The notes under the pieces are model-generated. The model was not told where the DNA came from, ran no database searches, and worked only from the letters and a program-made list of their open reading frames with translations. The position numbers and the translations under genes are program-made. Positions 10,455 to 21,239 of a stretch of DNA of 64,000 nucleotides are shown here, in pieces. Numbering within the stretch: position 1 is the first letter of the stretch; every line of letters starts with the position of its first letter. The stretch comes from Pontimonas sp. (GTDB lineage Bacteria > Actinomycetota > Actinomycetes > Actinomycetales > Microbacteriaceae), in assembly GCA_965657845.1 (NCBI GenBank), contig CBFHPU010000005.1, positions 11,818 to 75,817 on the forward strand, read 5' to 3'.

Positions 10455-12224
10455 TCAGTCCCCGTCTACCAGGGCTCCCACGACGTCAGCAATATTGACT
10501 TCGCGGCGTTCATTACTGGCTCGATCCCAGAGCTCTACCTTGCCTTCAGCCACTCCCCGACCGGCAATCACGATGTGAGGAATGCCAATCACTTCCGCAT
10601 CGGCGAATTTCACACCGGGGGAAAGCTTTGCGCGGTCATCGAGCAACACATCTTTTCCGGTTGCCACAAGAGCCTCAGCCAATTCCTCCGCCACAGTAGC
10701 GACCTGTTCGTCTTTGCCGGCCTGGATGACGTGGATGTCGTAGGGGGTAACCGCTTCAGGCCAGATCAGGCCTTTGTCGTCGTGGTGACCCTCCGCAATG
10801 ATCGCCAAAATTCTGGTGACACCGATGCCGTAAGAGCCCATGGTCACGGTGACGAGGGAGCCGTTTTCGTCAAGGACTTGTAAGCCGAGGGCTTCAGCGT
10901 ATTTGCGGCCCAACTGGAAGACGTGACCGATTTCCATCCCACGGGCAGTGTTGACTGGTCCGGAACCGTCCGGGGCCGGATCGCCGTCTCGCACATTGGC
11001 GACATCGGCAATGCCATCGGAGTGAAAATCCCGTCCGGCAACCAAGTGGAAGACGTGTTTTTCGTGGATGTTTGCGCCAGTCACCCACTGGGTGCCCTCC
11101 ACTACCCGGGGGTCTAAGTAGTAGGCGATCCCACTGGCACTCTCTAGGCCAAGAACGGGACCTTCCGGGGACCAGGGGCCGATGTAGCCCTTCACCAGTG
11201 CCGGGTGTTGAGCAAAGTCCGCTTCGGTGGCGGGCTCCACATCGCGGGGACCAAACCATGCCTCCGCACGCTTCATGTCGACCTCGCGGTCACCGGGAAT
11301 GCCCACCACAACCAGTTCGCGGGTTTTGTCAGCATCCACCAGAGCCAGCACCACATTTTTTAGAGTGTCCGCTGCTACCCACGGCCTATCGCTTCGTGGA
11401 ACATCACGATTGGCCAGTGCCACCAGGGTGTCGATGGTGGGGGTATCTGGGGAGTCGTGAACTTCTGCCTCAGGCAAGCCCTCTAGCGGCAGGGGCTCTG
11501 TGGCAGCGACCCGAAACGCTTCAACGTTTGCGGCGTAGCCGGCATCGTTTCGCACAAACGTGTCTTCGCCAACGGCGATGGGGTGGAGGAACTCTTCTGA
11601 TTTGGAGCCACCCATCGCGCCGGCATCGGCGCGAACAATGACATATTCGAGTCCTAAGCGCTGAAAAATACGCTCGTAGGCGTCCCTTTGGGCCTGGTAG
11701 CTAACATCTAGGCCCTCGTCGGTGTAGTCAAACGAGTAGGCGTCTTTCATCGAGAATTCTCGACCGCGCAGGAGTCCCGCCCGTGGCCGCGCTTCATCGC
11801 GATATTTGTCTTGAATTTGATAGATCGTCAGCGGGAGGTCTTTATAACTGGAGTAGAGGTCTTTCACCGTGAGGGTGAACACTTCTTCGTGGGTGGGCGC
11901 TAATAGGTAGTCGGCCTCTCGGCGGTCCTTCAGTCGAAAAATGTTGGGGCCGTATTCTTCCCACCGCCCGGTGGTTTCGTACGGCTCGCGGGGTAAGAGG
12001 GCAGGAAAGTGGACCTGCTGAGCTCCCGCCAGCCGCATCTCTTCGTGAATGATCGCTTCGATTTTCTGTCGAACACGCAGGCCCAAAGGTAACCAGGCGA
12101 AAATCCCTGGTGCTTGACGCCGGATATATCCGGCGCGAACCAGCCATTTGTGGCTGGCTACTTCGGCGTCAGCGGGGTCTTCCCGGAGGGTTCGAACGAA
12201 GAGATGACTGAGTCTTTCAAGCAC
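10455..12224 (-). CDS. proS: Proline--tRNA ligase
   Basis: The N-terminus is [29 protein letters not shown]. The class II core ([11 protein letters not shown]) and a bacterial-type editing insertion are present at 589 aa. Confidence 0.95.
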   Translation of the reverse strand: MLERLSHLFVRTLREDPADAEVASHKWLVRAGYIRRQAPGIFAWLPLGLRVRQKIEAIIHEEMRLAGAQQVHFPALLPREPYETTGRWEEYGPNIFRLKDRREADYLLAPTHEEVFTLTVKDLYSSYKDLPLTIYQIQDKYRDEARPRAGLLRGREFSMKDAYSFDYTDEGLDVSYQAQRDAYERIFQRLGLEYVIVRADAGAMGGSKSEEFLHPIAVGEDTFVRNDAGYAANVEAFRVAATEPLPLEGLPEAEVHDSPDTPTIDTLVALANRDVPRSDRPWVAADTLKNVVLALVDADKTRELVVVGIPGDREVDMKRAEAWFGPRDVEPATEADFAQHPALVKGYIGPWSPEGPVLGLESASGIAYYLDPRVVEGTQWVTGANIHEKHVFHLVAGRDFHSDGIADVANVRDGDPAPDGSGPVNTARGMEIGHVFQLGRKYAEALGLQVLDENGSLVTVTMGSYGIGVTRILAIIAEGHHDDKGLIWPEAVTPYDIHVIQAGKDEQVATVAEELAEALVATGKDVLLDDRAKLSPGVKFADAEVIGIPHIVIAGRGVAEGKVELWDRASNERREVNIADVVGALVDGD

Positions 12225-12242
12225 CGACCCAGACTAGCGCCA

Positions 12243-13391
12243 CTAGCCGGTGATGACTTCTGGTTCTCCAGAGGGCACATCGGGCATTTCAGCGGCCAGG
12301 CGGTTGGCCTCTTCGATCAGGGTTTGGACAATTTCGGCTTCGGGAACAGTCTTAATGACTTCGCCCTTCACAAAAATCTGGCCTTTACCGTTTCCACTGG
12401 CTACACCGAGGTCAGCTTCACGGGCTTCTCCGGGGCCATTCACCACACACCCCATCACCGCGACTCGAAGGGGCACGGTCATGCCCTCAAGGCCTTTCGT
12501 GACAGAGTCAGCCAGCGTGTAGACGTCGACTTGGGCTCGACCGCAACTGGGGCAGGAGACAATTTCGAGCTTTCGTTCGCGGAGGTTCAAACTCTCCAAA
12601 ATCTTCAAACCCACTTTGACTTCTTCTGCGGGCGGGGCGGAAAGCGACACACGAATGGTGTCACCGATGCCTTCGGCCAACAGCGTTCCAAACGCGACCG
12701 AGGATTTGATGGTGCCTTGGAAGGCGGGGCCCGCTTCGGTGACACCCAAGTGCAGGGGCCAGTCCCCTCGCTCCGAGAGCATCCGGTAGGCCTTGACCAT
12801 CACGACAGGGTCGTTGTGTTTGACAGAGATCTTAAAGTCGTGGAAGTCGTGCTCCTCGAAGAGGCTTGCCTCCCAGACGGCACTTTCGACGAGCGCTTCA
12901 GCAGTCGGTTTGCCATATTTCTGCAACAGCCGTGGATCCAGCGAACCGGCGTTCACCCCAATGCGAAGGCTGACCCCAGCGTCTTTGGCGGCTTTCGCAA
13001 TTTCGCCCACCCGGTCATCAAATTTCTTAATGTTTCCCGGGTTCACCCGCACAGCACCACAACCAGCGTCGATGGCCGAAAAGACATATTTGGGTTGGAA
13101 GTGGATGTCGGCAATCACCGGAATTTGGCTTTTCTTGGCGATGACGTGCAACACGTTGGCGTCGTCTTGGGTGGGAACTGCCACCCGGACAACATCACAG
13201 CCTGTGGCCGTGAGTTCCGCGATTTGTTGAAGGGTGCCGTTGATGTCTGTGGTCTGAGTGGTCGTCATCGACTGGACGCTGACGGGAGCGTCACCACCGA
13301 CAAGGAGGTTACCCACTTTGATTTGTCGGGTTTTTCGCCGAGGCGCCAATGTTTCGGCAACTTTGGGCATTCCCAGATTCACAGCGGGCAC
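12243..13391 (-). CDS. ispG: 4-hydroxy-3-methylbut-2-en-1-yl diphosphate synthase
   Basis: Supporting blocks are [35 protein letters not shown] and [10 protein letters not shown]. The gene sits beside dxr and the site-2 protease, as in other actinobacteria. Confidence 0.95.
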   Translation of the reverse strand: MPAVNLGMPKVAETLAPRRKTRQIKVGNLLVGGDAPVSVQSMTTTQTTDINGTLQQIAELTATGCDVVRVAVPTQDDANVLHVIAKKSQIPVIADIHFQPKYVFSAIDAGCGAVRVNPGNIKKFDDRVGEIAKAAKDAGVSLRIGVNAGSLDPRLLQKYGKPTAEALVESAVWEASLFEEHDFHDFKISVKHNDPVVMVKAYRMLSERGDWPLHLGVTEAGPAFQGTIKSSVAFGTLLAEGIGDTIRVSLSAPPAEEVKVGLKILESLNLRERKLEIVSCPSCGRAQVDVYTLADSVTKGLEGMTVPLRVAVMGCVVNGPGEAREADLGVASGNGKGQIFVKGEVIKTVPEAEIVQTLIEEANRLAAEMPDVPSGEPEVITG

Positions 13392-13502
13392 AGCGTCTCC
13401 TCTTCACGTTCCTACCGGTACGGCCGGCCTGCCCATGTTAGCGAAGCGCAGTGAAGGACCGCTGGGTAATTTGGGGTTCGAGGGTGTCGGATTGCGAAAC
13501 GT

Positions 13503-14843
13503 TTACTGAATCAGGCTGATCGGGTTGACGATATCGGCATACATCAGCAACACGCTCATACTGATCAACGCCGCAACAACCACCAGAGTGAGGGGCATGA
13601 GTTTTTGCGGGTTGGTCGGATTGGGTGGCGGCGAGCCTCGAAGGGAGGCAATTTTGCGACGGATGCCATCAATGAGAGCCACAGCGACGTGTCCGCCATC
13701 TAAGGGCAAGAGCGGTATCAGGTTGAACACGAACAAGGCGATATTCAGCGAAGCCAGTAGGGCGATGAAACTGGCAATGCGGTCATGGTTTTCGATGTCG
13801 TCGATTGACGCGATTTCACCGGCGATACGTCCTACGCCCACCACACTGATGGGGCCGTTCGGGTCTCGTTCATCGTCCCCGAAGGCCGCCTGGGACACTT
13901 GCACCATGCGTTGGGGCAGAGTCAGGATCACCCTGGTGACACCTTCCACGTTGTCCCAAATCGCGACCGGTACTTGGCTGATGGGTTGGCGCGCGGTTTC
14001 CAGTGCCGCACCAATTCCCACAAACCCCACCGGTTCCACAATGGGTTGCCCGTCCGAGTCCACTGCAACTTGACCTCTGGAGTCCATCGCGAAGCGCTCC
14101 GTCAACAGAGGCGTGATGCGAATCTCGCGAGTGGTGCCCTCACGGTCAATCGTCAGAGCAAGAGTCTCACCGGGGTGATCGCGAATGATTTCGGTCAACA
14201 CCAACCAGCTGTCGACTTCTTGGCCATCCACGGCAAGAATCACATCGCCTGGCTCCATACCGGCCTGGTTTCCTGGAGCAGCAGGGTCCCCGGGGCGACA
14301 GTCGGTGCGCGTTTCTGTCGCCGGCAGCACGCACTGGGACACAGAACCCACGGTGAGGCTCGGCTGGACGACGCCAAAACCCATCAGCAACACCGCATAC
14401 AACACGGTCGCAATAATGAGATTCATTGCCGGGCCACCCAGCATGATGACGATGCGACGAAAGACACTCAAGCGGTAAAAACTTCTCGAATCATCAAACT
14501 CGTCGGAGTCTGGCTGATCATCTAAACCGGCAAAATCAGTACCGGCACCACCGCGCCTAGGCGATTTCTCACTGGCGCCTTCTTCAGTAGCTCCTTTATT
14601 GCTGGGCGCAAACATCCCGTGCATGGCGACATAACCGCCCAGTGGAATGGCTTTAATGCCAAATTCGGTTTCACCGGGCTTGGTCGACCACAGTGTGGGC
14701 CCAAAGCCCACCATGAATTTGGTGATGCCCACGCCAAAGCGTTTCGCGGGGTAAAAGTGACCCCACTCGTGTAACCCAATCGAGATCCCCAAGCCCACAA
14801 TGAGGGCAAGAACTCCGACGATGAACCAGATGGTTGACTCCAC
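13503..14843 (-). CDS. RIP (site-2) zinc metalloprotease, RseP/Rip1-like
   Basis: The HEWGHF zinc motif lies in the first TM region. There is a central PDZ-like region (GMEPGDVILAVDG) and a C-terminal NLIPLLPLDGGH motif. Confidence 0.9.
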   Translation of the reverse strand: MESTIWFIVGVLALIVGLGISIGLHEWGHFYPAKRFGVGITKFMVGFGPTLWSTKPGETEFGIKAIPLGGYVAMHGMFAPSNKGATEEGASEKSPRRGGAGTDFAGLDDQPDSDEFDDSRSFYRLSVFRRIVIMLGGPAMNLIIATVLYAVLLMGFGVVQPSLTVGSVSQCVLPATETRTDCRPGDPAAPGNQAGMEPGDVILAVDGQEVDSWLVLTEIIRDHPGETLALTIDREGTTREIRITPLLTERFAMDSRGQVAVDSDGQPIVEPVGFVGIGAALETARQPISQVPVAIWDNVEGVTRVILTLPQRMVQVSQAAFGDDERDPNGPISVVGVGRIAGEIASIDDIENHDRIASFIALLASLNIALFVFNLIPLLPLDGGHVAVALIDGIRRKIASLRGSPPPNPTNPQKLMPLTLVVVAALISMSVLLMYADIVNPISLIQ

Positions 14844-14875
14844 GCCGTAACCATAATCCCCACCACTGAGAATGC

Positions 14876-15967
14876 TCAGAAGCGGCGTGTGGCAATCACC
14901 TCATCGGCACGCGCACGCGCCCACGCTTCGGCCGCGTACACGCCCTCAAGGGTCATCGGCTCCGGTTGGTGCTCGCCCAGTACCTCCGCGATCACTTGGG
15001 TAATACCGGGGAAGCTCAGTGCCCCATCATGGAAGGCATCGACAGCCTGCTCGTTGGCGGCATTGAACACGGCGGGAAAAGTTGCCCCTTTGATTCCTGC
15101 CGCCTTCGCCATCGACACCGCTGGAAATACGTCATCATCCAGCGGCTCGAAAGTCCACGTGTGTGCGGCAGTCCAATCCAGTCCGGCAACAGCGCCAGGA
15201 ACCCTCTTGGGCCACTCCAACGCCAGAGAGATGGGCAGTCGCATATCGGGCGGTGAGCACTGAGCGATGGTGGACCCGTCAATAAATTCCACCAAAGAGT
15301 GCACGATTGATTGGGGGTGGACAGTGACCTCGATGTGGTCGTAGTCAATGCCAAACAAAAGGTGGGCCTCAATGACTTCCAGACCTTTATTGACCAGGGT
15401 GGCCGAATTGGTCGTAATCACCCGCCCCATGTTCCACGTGGGGTGAGCCAGTGCATCACCCGGTGAGACCGCTTCTAGCTCCTTGGCACTGCGACCGCGA
15501 AAAGGGCCCCCACTGGCGGTGACAATGAGGCGCTTCACTTCGGAGGACTTCCCAGCCATCAATGCCTGGGCTAAGGCAGAGTGTTCGGAATCGACGGGAA
15601 CGATTTGGCCCTCTTGGGCCCGGGACGTGACCAACTGCCCGCCCACAATCAGGCTTTCCTTGTTGGCCAGTGCCAAGACGGCACCCGAGTCCAAAGCGTC
15701 CAAGGTGGGACCCAAACCGACCGACCCAGTGATGGCGTTTAAGACAACATCTGGCTCGAGTCGCTTAATCAGATCCGATGCTCCCTCGGCTCCAAGCGCG
15801 GTGGCAGATTCTGGCAGACCAAGCTCTCGGGCTTGGTGTGCCAGCATTTCCGCGTTTGAGCCAGCGGAGAGACCCACGATGGAAAACCGTTCAGGGTGGG
15901 CTGTCGCGATATCAATCGCTTGGGTCCCAATTGACCCTGTTGAGCCCAGAATGAGGACTCTACGCAC
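14876..15967 (-). CDS. dxr: 1-deoxy-D-xylulose 5-phosphate reductoisomerase
   Basis: Supporting blocks are [30 protein letters not shown] and [10 protein letters not shown]. Confidence 0.95.
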   Translation of the reverse strand: MRRVLILGSTGSIGTQAIDIATAHPERFSIVGLSAGSNAEMLAHQARELGLPESATALGAEGASDLIKRLEPDVVLNAITGSVGLGPTLDALDSGAVLALANKESLIVGGQLVTSRAQEGQIVPVDSEHSALAQALMAGKSSEVKRLIVTASGGPFRGRSAKELEAVSPGDALAHPTWNMGRVITTNSATLVNKGLEVIEAHLLFGIDYDHIEVTVHPQSIVHSLVEFIDGSTIAQCSPPDMRLPISLALEWPKRVPGAVAGLDWTAAHTWTFEPLDDDVFPAVSMAKAAGIKGATFPAVFNAANEQAVDAFHDGALSFPGITQVIAEVLGEHQPEPMTLEGVYAAEAWARARADEVIATRRF

Positions 15968-17117
15968 GGCTTAGGGACCCCTGATCGGCCGACACCGTGT
16001 GATCGATGGTGACCTGTCCTAACACGCGGGTCCCCACATACAACACGGCCGATTGGCCGGGGGCCACACCCGAAATGGGGTCTTCAACACGCACCCGAAG
16101 GTGGCCGGACTCAATCCACGCCTTCGCCGGGTAGGTATCGCCGTGGGCGCGCACCTGAACCTCGCAGGCGAAGGGTTCACAGGAGCTCAACACGCCAGCG
16201 TCGTAGCTCCCGGTCGATAGACCGGTCGCTACCGGGTCAATGCCCGCAAAGCTGATTCGAGTACCGGAGAGTTCGATGGTGTCGAGTGCCTCTTTAGGGC
16301 CCACCACTACTTCTTTGGTCACCGGGCGAATATTGAGCACGTAGCGGGGTTTGCCATCTTCAGCGGGGTAGCCAATCTGCAACCCTTTTCGCTGACCCAC
16401 CGTGTAACGGTGGGTGCCCTCGTGTGAGCCCACCACTGCACCATCACGGTCAACAATGTCTCCCGGGTCGGTGCCCAGTTTGTCGTCCAAAAACCCTTGG
16501 GTATCGCCGTCGGGGATGAAACAAATGTCGTGGCTGTCGGGTTTGCTGGCCACACTAAAACCGCGCTGTGTGGCCTCCGCCCGGACGTCATCTTTTGAGG
16601 GGGTCTCGCCGAGCGGGAAGTAGCAGTGTCGCACTTGCTCTGTGGTCAACACACCCAAGACGTAAGACTGGTCTTTGGCCCACTCTGCGGAGCGGTGTAG
16701 CTCAGGATTACCCTCGGAATCTTCCCGCACTATCGCGTAATGCCCGGTGACCACGCGGTCGAAACCTAACGCCATCGCCCGATCCAAGACCGCTTCAAAC
16801 TTGATTTTTTCATTACAGCGCAAACACGGGTTGGGGGTGCGCCCTTCGCGGTATTCCTCAATGAAATTATCGACAACGTCGGCTTTAAACCGATCTGAAA
16901 AGTCCCACACATAAAAAGGAATACCCAGCTGACCGGCCACCCGCCTCGCATCCATTGAATCTTCAATGGTGCAGCAGCCCCTGGAGCCCGTCCGCAGGGT
17001 GCCCGGCATACGAGAAAGTGCCAGGTGAACCCCGACCACTTCGTGGCCTTCATCGACGGCCCTGGCCGCCGCCACCGCACTATCGACACCGCCACTCATG
17101 GCTGCAAGAACTTTCAT
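15960..17117 (-). CDS. mnmA: tRNA 2-thiouridine(34) synthase
   Basis: The PP-loop is [17 protein letters not shown], with RCNEKIKF downstream. The track ORF (to 17423) carries a 102-codon non-homologous extension that overlaps the upstream desulfurase, so the start is set at ATG 17117. Confidence 0.92.
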   Translation of the reverse strand: MKVLAAMSGGVDSAVAAARAVDEGHEVVGVHLALSRMPGTLRTGSRGCCTIEDSMDARRVAGQLGIPFYVWDFSDRFKADVVDNFIEEYREGRTPNPCLRCNEKIKFEAVLDRAMALGFDRVVTGHYAIVREDSEGNPELHRSAEWAKDQSYVLGVLTTEQVRHCYFPLGETPSKDDVRAEATQRGFSVASKPDSHDICFIPDGDTQGFLDDKLGTDPGDIVDRDGAVVGSHEGTHRYTVGQRKGLQIGYPAEDGKPRYVLNIRPVTKEVVVGPKEALDTIELSGTRISFAGIDPVATGLSTGSYDAGVLSSCEPFACEVQVRAHGDTYPAKAWIESGHLRVRVEDPISGVAPGQSAVLYVGTRVLGQVTIDHTVSADQGSLSRA

Positions 17118-17139
17118 GACCACCAGTGTAGGCAGTGGA

Positions 17140-18342
17140 CTACTGGGCGAATACTCCATCGGGATTAGGAACATCAGCCATACCGGCCTCCCGGGCGGCC
17201 GCCACAACGCCCGGAAACACCTCAAGCACCCGATCAATGTCGGCGTCAGTGGTCTGGGCCCCCACACTGAACCGGAGGGCACCACGGGCGGACTGTTCGG
17301 ACAACCCCATCGCCACCAGAACATGGGATGGCTCGGGGACACCCGCCTGACAGGCGGAGCCAGTGGAGACCCGAATACCCTTGGCATCCAGCAAATACAA
17401 CAGGACGTCTCCTTCCACACCATCCACGGTGATGTGAACGATGTGGTTTACGCGGTGGGTGGGGTGACCACTGGGAGTCACACCCTGGCTGGCACCCACT
17501 AACCCTTCCCTCAAGCGACCAGAGAGCCGCTGGAGGTGTGCTTCTCGTTCGAGTCGTGTCGATTCTGCTAACCGCGCGGCGTGGGCAAAGGCCACTGCAC
17601 CGGCCGCATCGAGAGTCCCGGAGCGGTGCAACTGTTGACCACCCCCGTGGTGAAGACCTTCAATCGCGGGGGCGTCTCTGGTCACCACAAGCCCGCCAAT
17701 ACCCACCGGTCCACCAATTTTGTGGGCCGAAATGCTCACCGCATGAACACCCCACTGGCGAATGGGAAGCTCCAGGTGACCAAAGGCTTGAATCGCATCA
17801 AGGTGGACAGATACCCCGCGGGTGGCCGCAAGCGCGGCGATCGCCTCCACCGGTTGGATACTGCCCACTTCGTTGTTGGCCACCAGTGTCGTCACCCCGG
17901 CAATGTCGGCAGCCGGGTAGGCATCCAACGCGCTCTCCAACGACTCCAGATCACACACACCCCAGCGGTCAACGTCCACAAAGTGGGTGCGGGCCAGGCC
18001 GTGGGCTTCCAACCAGTTCAGGGCATCGAGGGTGGCGTGATGTTCGGCTGCCGTGGAAATCCACACCGGGGTGTGGATTCCCTCCTTGCGCAGGGAAAAA
18101 GTGCGTCCCTTAATCCAGGTGTTGGTTGATTCGGTTCCCCCGGAGGTGAACACCAGCTCCATGGGGTCGAGGCCGAGAAGGCCCGCAATTTCTCCCCGGG
18201 CCACTTCGAGGTGTGCTCTGGCGTCTTGACCGGCTTGATGAATCGATGACGGATTTCCGACACCGGCTAATGCCTGCGTGTAGGTGTCCCGGATGTTTTC
18301 GGGCATCGGCGTGGTCGCCGCGTGGTCTAGGTAGACACTCAC
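17140..18342 (-). CDS. Cysteine desulfurase (NifS/IscS-like, PLP-dependent)
   Basis: Supporting blocks are YLDHAATTP, the PLP-lysine block [12 protein letters not shown] and the active-site loop STGSACQAG. It is paired with mnmA, as is common in actinobacteria. Confidence 0.9.
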   Translation of the reverse strand: MSVYLDHAATTPMPENIRDTYTQALAGVGNPSSIHQAGQDARAHLEVARGEIAGLLGLDPMELVFTSGGTESTNTWIKGRTFSLRKEGIHTPVWISTAAEHHATLDALNWLEAHGLARTHFVDVDRWGVCDLESLESALDAYPAADIAGVTTLVANNEVGSIQPVEAIAALAATRGVSVHLDAIQAFGHLELPIRQWGVHAVSISAHKIGGPVGIGGLVVTRDAPAIEGLHHGGGQQLHRSGTLDAAGAVAFAHAARLAESTRLEREAHLQRLSGRLREGLVGASQGVTPSGHPTHRVNHIVHITVDGVEGDVLLYLLDAKGIRVSTGSACQAGVPEPSHVLVAMGLSEQSARGALRFSVGAQTTDADIDRVLEVFPGVVAAAREAGMADVPNPDGVFAQ

Positions 18343-18350
18343 GGGTGGCC

Positions 18351-19283
18351 TCAGTAGAGCAGCGAGGTTAAACGCTGGCGTGCGGCAATCACGGAGGGAT
18401 GTGTCGGCCCGGCGATGGCGAAGTAGTCGAGCATGCGTGTGCGAAGGGTTTCTCGCCCGTCAGTATCGAGGGTGGCGAAAATACCCAACAGCCTGGTGAA
18501 CGCATCGTCGAGGTGACCACCGGAGACATCGAGGTCTGCCACCAGTAACTGGGCGTCAAGGTTTCCTGGATCCTTAGCCGCCTCGGCGCGAATTGTGTCA
18601 GCCGATTGATTGCCAAGGCGTTTGAGTAGGCCCACTTGGGCGAGGCCTGCTTGTGCGTCAGTATCGGCGGGGGCTTTGGCGAGCGCGTCCCGGTAGGCAG
18701 CTTCTGCACCGTCCCAGTCGTTTGCACTCAGTGCATCAAAAGCCCTCTGGTGTTCGGGTGAAAGCGGCGGCTCTGTCGGCGCCTCCGGGGTGTTGTGGTC
18801 AGAATCCTCAGACGCCGGCAAGACACCGGTCACTCCCGCTTGAGCGGCCACTTTCAACACTTCGTCCAGCACGGGAGTGATTTCTGCTTCCTGGGCTTGG
18901 CCTTGAAACAGGGGTGCCGGTCGGCCTTGAATCACGGCAAACACGGTGGGGATCCCCTGAATTTGTAGTGCCTGAACTAACTGTGGGGCGTGATCGGCGT
19001 TCAGTGTGGCCAGCAGCAGCTTGCCCTGGTATTTCTCGATCAGACCACCCAGTTGGGGGGTGACACCTTGACCGTAAATTTCCAGGATGACGGGGACCGT
19101 GTTGGAGAGTTCAACGATCTGGCCCATTTCCGATTCGTTGATGTCGCGCACATACGAAGAAGCCCCTGCGGGGGGTGTGGGGGCTGCGGGCGAGGTGGGC
19201 GCCTGCGCCGCTTTGGCGCGGTTCACCAACGCAGAGAGGTCCATCGCTCCCGCGAAATTACCTGGCAGTGGCGGATTACTCAT
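18351..19283 (-). CDS. Thioredoxin-fold plus TPR protein (YbbN/CnoX-like co-chaperone). The thioredoxin domain has no CxxC.
   Basis: The thioredoxin-like N-terminal half (PVILEIYGQG...GIPTVFAVIQGRP) has no catalytic cysteines. The C-terminal half is a helical TPR-like region (AEAAYRDALAKAPADTDAQAGLAQV). Confidence 0.7.
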   Translation of the reverse strand: MSNPPLPGNFAGAMDLSALVNRAKAAQAPTSPAAPTPPAGASSYVRDINESEMGQIVELSNTVPVILEIYGQGVTPQLGGLIEKYQGKLLLATLNADHAPQLVQALQIQGIPTVFAVIQGRPAPLFQGQAQEAEITPVLDEVLKVAAQAGVTGVLPASEDSDHNTPEAPTEPPLSPEHQRAFDALSANDWDGAEAAYRDALAKAPADTDAQAGLAQVGLLKRLGNQSADTIRAEAAKDPGNLDAQLLVADLDVSGGHLDDAFTRLLGIFATLDTDGRETLRTRMLDYFAIAGPTHPSVIAARQRLTSLLY

Positions 19284-19297
19284 GGGCTGTCCTCCGG

Positions 19298-21109
19298 TTA
19301 GTCCTCAATGGGTTCGAGCTCACTGGCATCCACCAACAGGTACCCGTAGCCGACAACTCGTGCCCGCTCGGTAGAGCCAATTGGTGGCACGTACCAGACT
19401 ATTTGCATCTCGTAGCGCGCGACAAAGCCTTCGGTTGATGATGGCAGGTCTGTCAGTGCCCGAACGGACGGAGTCGCATTGATAGCGGCCCCGTCTTCGA
19501 GGGGGCGAACCACTTCGGTTTCTTCCAGCGTGCCAAACACCAGCGCTCCGTTATCGGCCGTCGAGAGGGCAACAATCGGATTCTCGGTGGGCAAAATGTC
19601 GGCGGTCAGCTCCAGTTCAGACCCTAGGGACTCTCGTCTGAGGTCACGTCCATCGGGTCCCACCAGGGCATAAAGGTCGTCGGTGAGGGTGTCGAAATCT
19701 AACCAACCCCTGGAATCGGGTCCACGGCGAAGCACATCACCGTAAATCGATACGGTTTCTTCTGGACTGAGCGAGACCAGTTTCGAATCCCTGGCTAACC
19801 GCGGGCTTCCCACATCAGCCGGTGGCATCGGAGGCAAAATCACGTCGGGTGCCAACAGCGTTGAGTAGGACAGTTGGTAGTTATCCCGCGGGGTTTCTTG
19901 GCGCAACACCACGGCGATGGTCGGCGCATTTAGTTCGGGGCCTTCTTGAATGACGGCCATCACGGTGCGCGGCCAGCTACTCGTTTGTTGGGGCACGAGT
20001 AACCGTATGGGCTCTGCCGGAATTCCCACCAGCTGCCCTAACTCGTCGTCCCACGATCGAAGTCGATACTGACTACTGCGATGGCTCAGGCTGGGTTCGC
20101 TAAAGCGTTCAGTCAATAACTGCGCATCCAAACTCTGATCAGCCAGCGACACCTGGTTGGCCACGCGGCCCATAATGCGCTCAAACTGTGCCGGGGTCAC
20201 CGCGGGGTAAGCCCGCGTACCAGTGTCGGTCTCGCCCGATGCGCCCTCTGAGGCACCATCGGATGAGTCAGAGCTTTGGCCTGTGGAAGCACCCCCCGCA
20301 GTCCCTTCAGCGTTTTGTCCCGCCTCTGGAGCGACACAACCGCCAGCCAACAACACCCCCAGGAGGGGAATGGTGACAACGCTCCTGGTCATCCGTCTGC
20401 TGCGCGCTGAGCCGGTTGAGCCCCGCCTGGAGCCGTAAGGGCCGCGCCTCGGTGCACGACGTTTGGGGGCGAGGGTAATTTTTCGCCTCGGACCGCGACG
20501 CCTGCGCACATCGGTGAGGGCAAGACCGAGAAGGACAAAACCGATTCCCATCGCCACAATCCCCAACGCCACCAACACTCCAGAAAGGGGGGAAATGTTA
20601 TCTAGCGGCCAGGAAATCTGGATCGATTTCGGGGCAGCGCGCTCCCCATCGGCAAATACCGCCACCGTGATGCCCGAATCGGCAGTCAACGACGTGCGCA
20701 CCGCATCGGTTTCGCGGTACTGCTCAAGCCACAGATCAGAACCCAACGGGTTGGGCACAGTGGACTCTGCGCCCAACCGGGGCACTGCATAGAGTTCGCC
20801 TGTTTCTTGGTTGTGCCGTACAGCGGTAAAACGCGCGGGGGTGACCCACGCAATCACGTCAGTAGACCGGCCGTAAACAAGAACGACGCCCGCTTCAGGG
20901 TCACCTTGATCATCGATCGCGGTGATCGTTTGGCGTCCCGGGTAGGCCGTGAGGGTCTTTCCGTCGATCAACACCGCAGGGGCAGTGTGGTCGATTTCCA
21001 CCGACTTCACGATGCTGTCGGGGCCCGCCCAGACGGTGCGAAGAGCGATGCCCGAACCCAACGACATGATCGAGGCAAGAAGAATGAGAATGGCCGACAC
21101 CAGTCGCAC
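19298..21109 (-). CDS. Hypothetical membrane protein. It has an N-terminal TM-bounded domain, an Arg-rich linker and a lipoprotein-like C-terminal domain.
   Basis: The 603-codon ORF has an N-terminal TM segment (LVSAILILLASIMSLGSGIAL), a second TM at about aa 175-198 and a linker rich in R. An internal segment MTRSVVTIPLLGVLLAGGC has a lipobox-like LAGGC. I recognise no catalytic motif. Confidence 0.6.
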   Translation of the reverse strand: MRLVSAILILLASIMSLGSGIALRTVWAGPDSIVKSVEIDHTAPAVLIDGKTLTAYPGRQTITAIDDQGDPEAGVVLVYGRSTDVIAWVTPARFTAVRHNQETGELYAVPRLGAESTVPNPLGSDLWLEQYRETDAVRTSLTADSGITVAVFADGERAAPKSIQISWPLDNISPLSGVLVALGIVAMGIGFVLLGLALTDVRRRRGPRRKITLAPKRRAPRRGPYGSRRGSTGSARSRRMTRSVVTIPLLGVLLAGGCVAPEAGQNAEGTAGGASTGQSSDSSDGASEGASGETDTGTRAYPAVTPAQFERIMGRVANQVSLADQSLDAQLLTERFSEPSLSHRSSQYRLRSWDDELGQLVGIPAEPIRLLVPQQTSSWPRTVMAVIQEGPELNAPTIAVVLRQETPRDNYQLSYSTLLAPDVILPPMPPADVGSPRLARDSKLVSLSPEETVSIYGDVLRRGPDSRGWLDFDTLTDDLYALVGPDGRDLRRESLGSELELTADILPTENPIVALSTADNGALVFGTLEETEVVRPLEDGAAINATPSVRALTDLPSSTEGFVARYEMQIVWYVPPIGSTERARVVGYGYLLVDASELEPIED

Positions 21110-21239
21110 GGCACACTCCTCTCCCGGACGCCCACCAGAGGGGCTGGGTCAACCATCCAGGGTAACCGACCATCTGGGAACATCCTGCGACCAGTCCAAC
21201 TAGACTCAGCTTCGCCCTTCACACCCTGAGGAGATTTCG

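Noticed and set aside
12114-13454. A 446-aa plus-strand ORF, one of the longest in the track
   Set aside because: It lies entirely antisense to ispG and the 5-prime end of proS, both of which have unmistakable motifs. Its translation has no recognisable domain and shows the Gly/Arg/His-rich composition typical of shadow ORFs in high-GC DNA.
17118-17423. N-terminal extensions of track ORFs. These are mnmA to 17423, thiL to 52935, ftsY to 42072, xerC to 31019, leuC to 61994, the DUF3515 gene from 52398, rnhB to 33933 and trmD to 37374.
   Set aside because: The extensions overlap well-supported neighbouring genes and have Arg/Pro/Trp/Cys-rich non-protein-like composition. The homology-consistent N-termini begin at internal ATG or GTG codons, several with a good RBS or an ATGA-type coupling.
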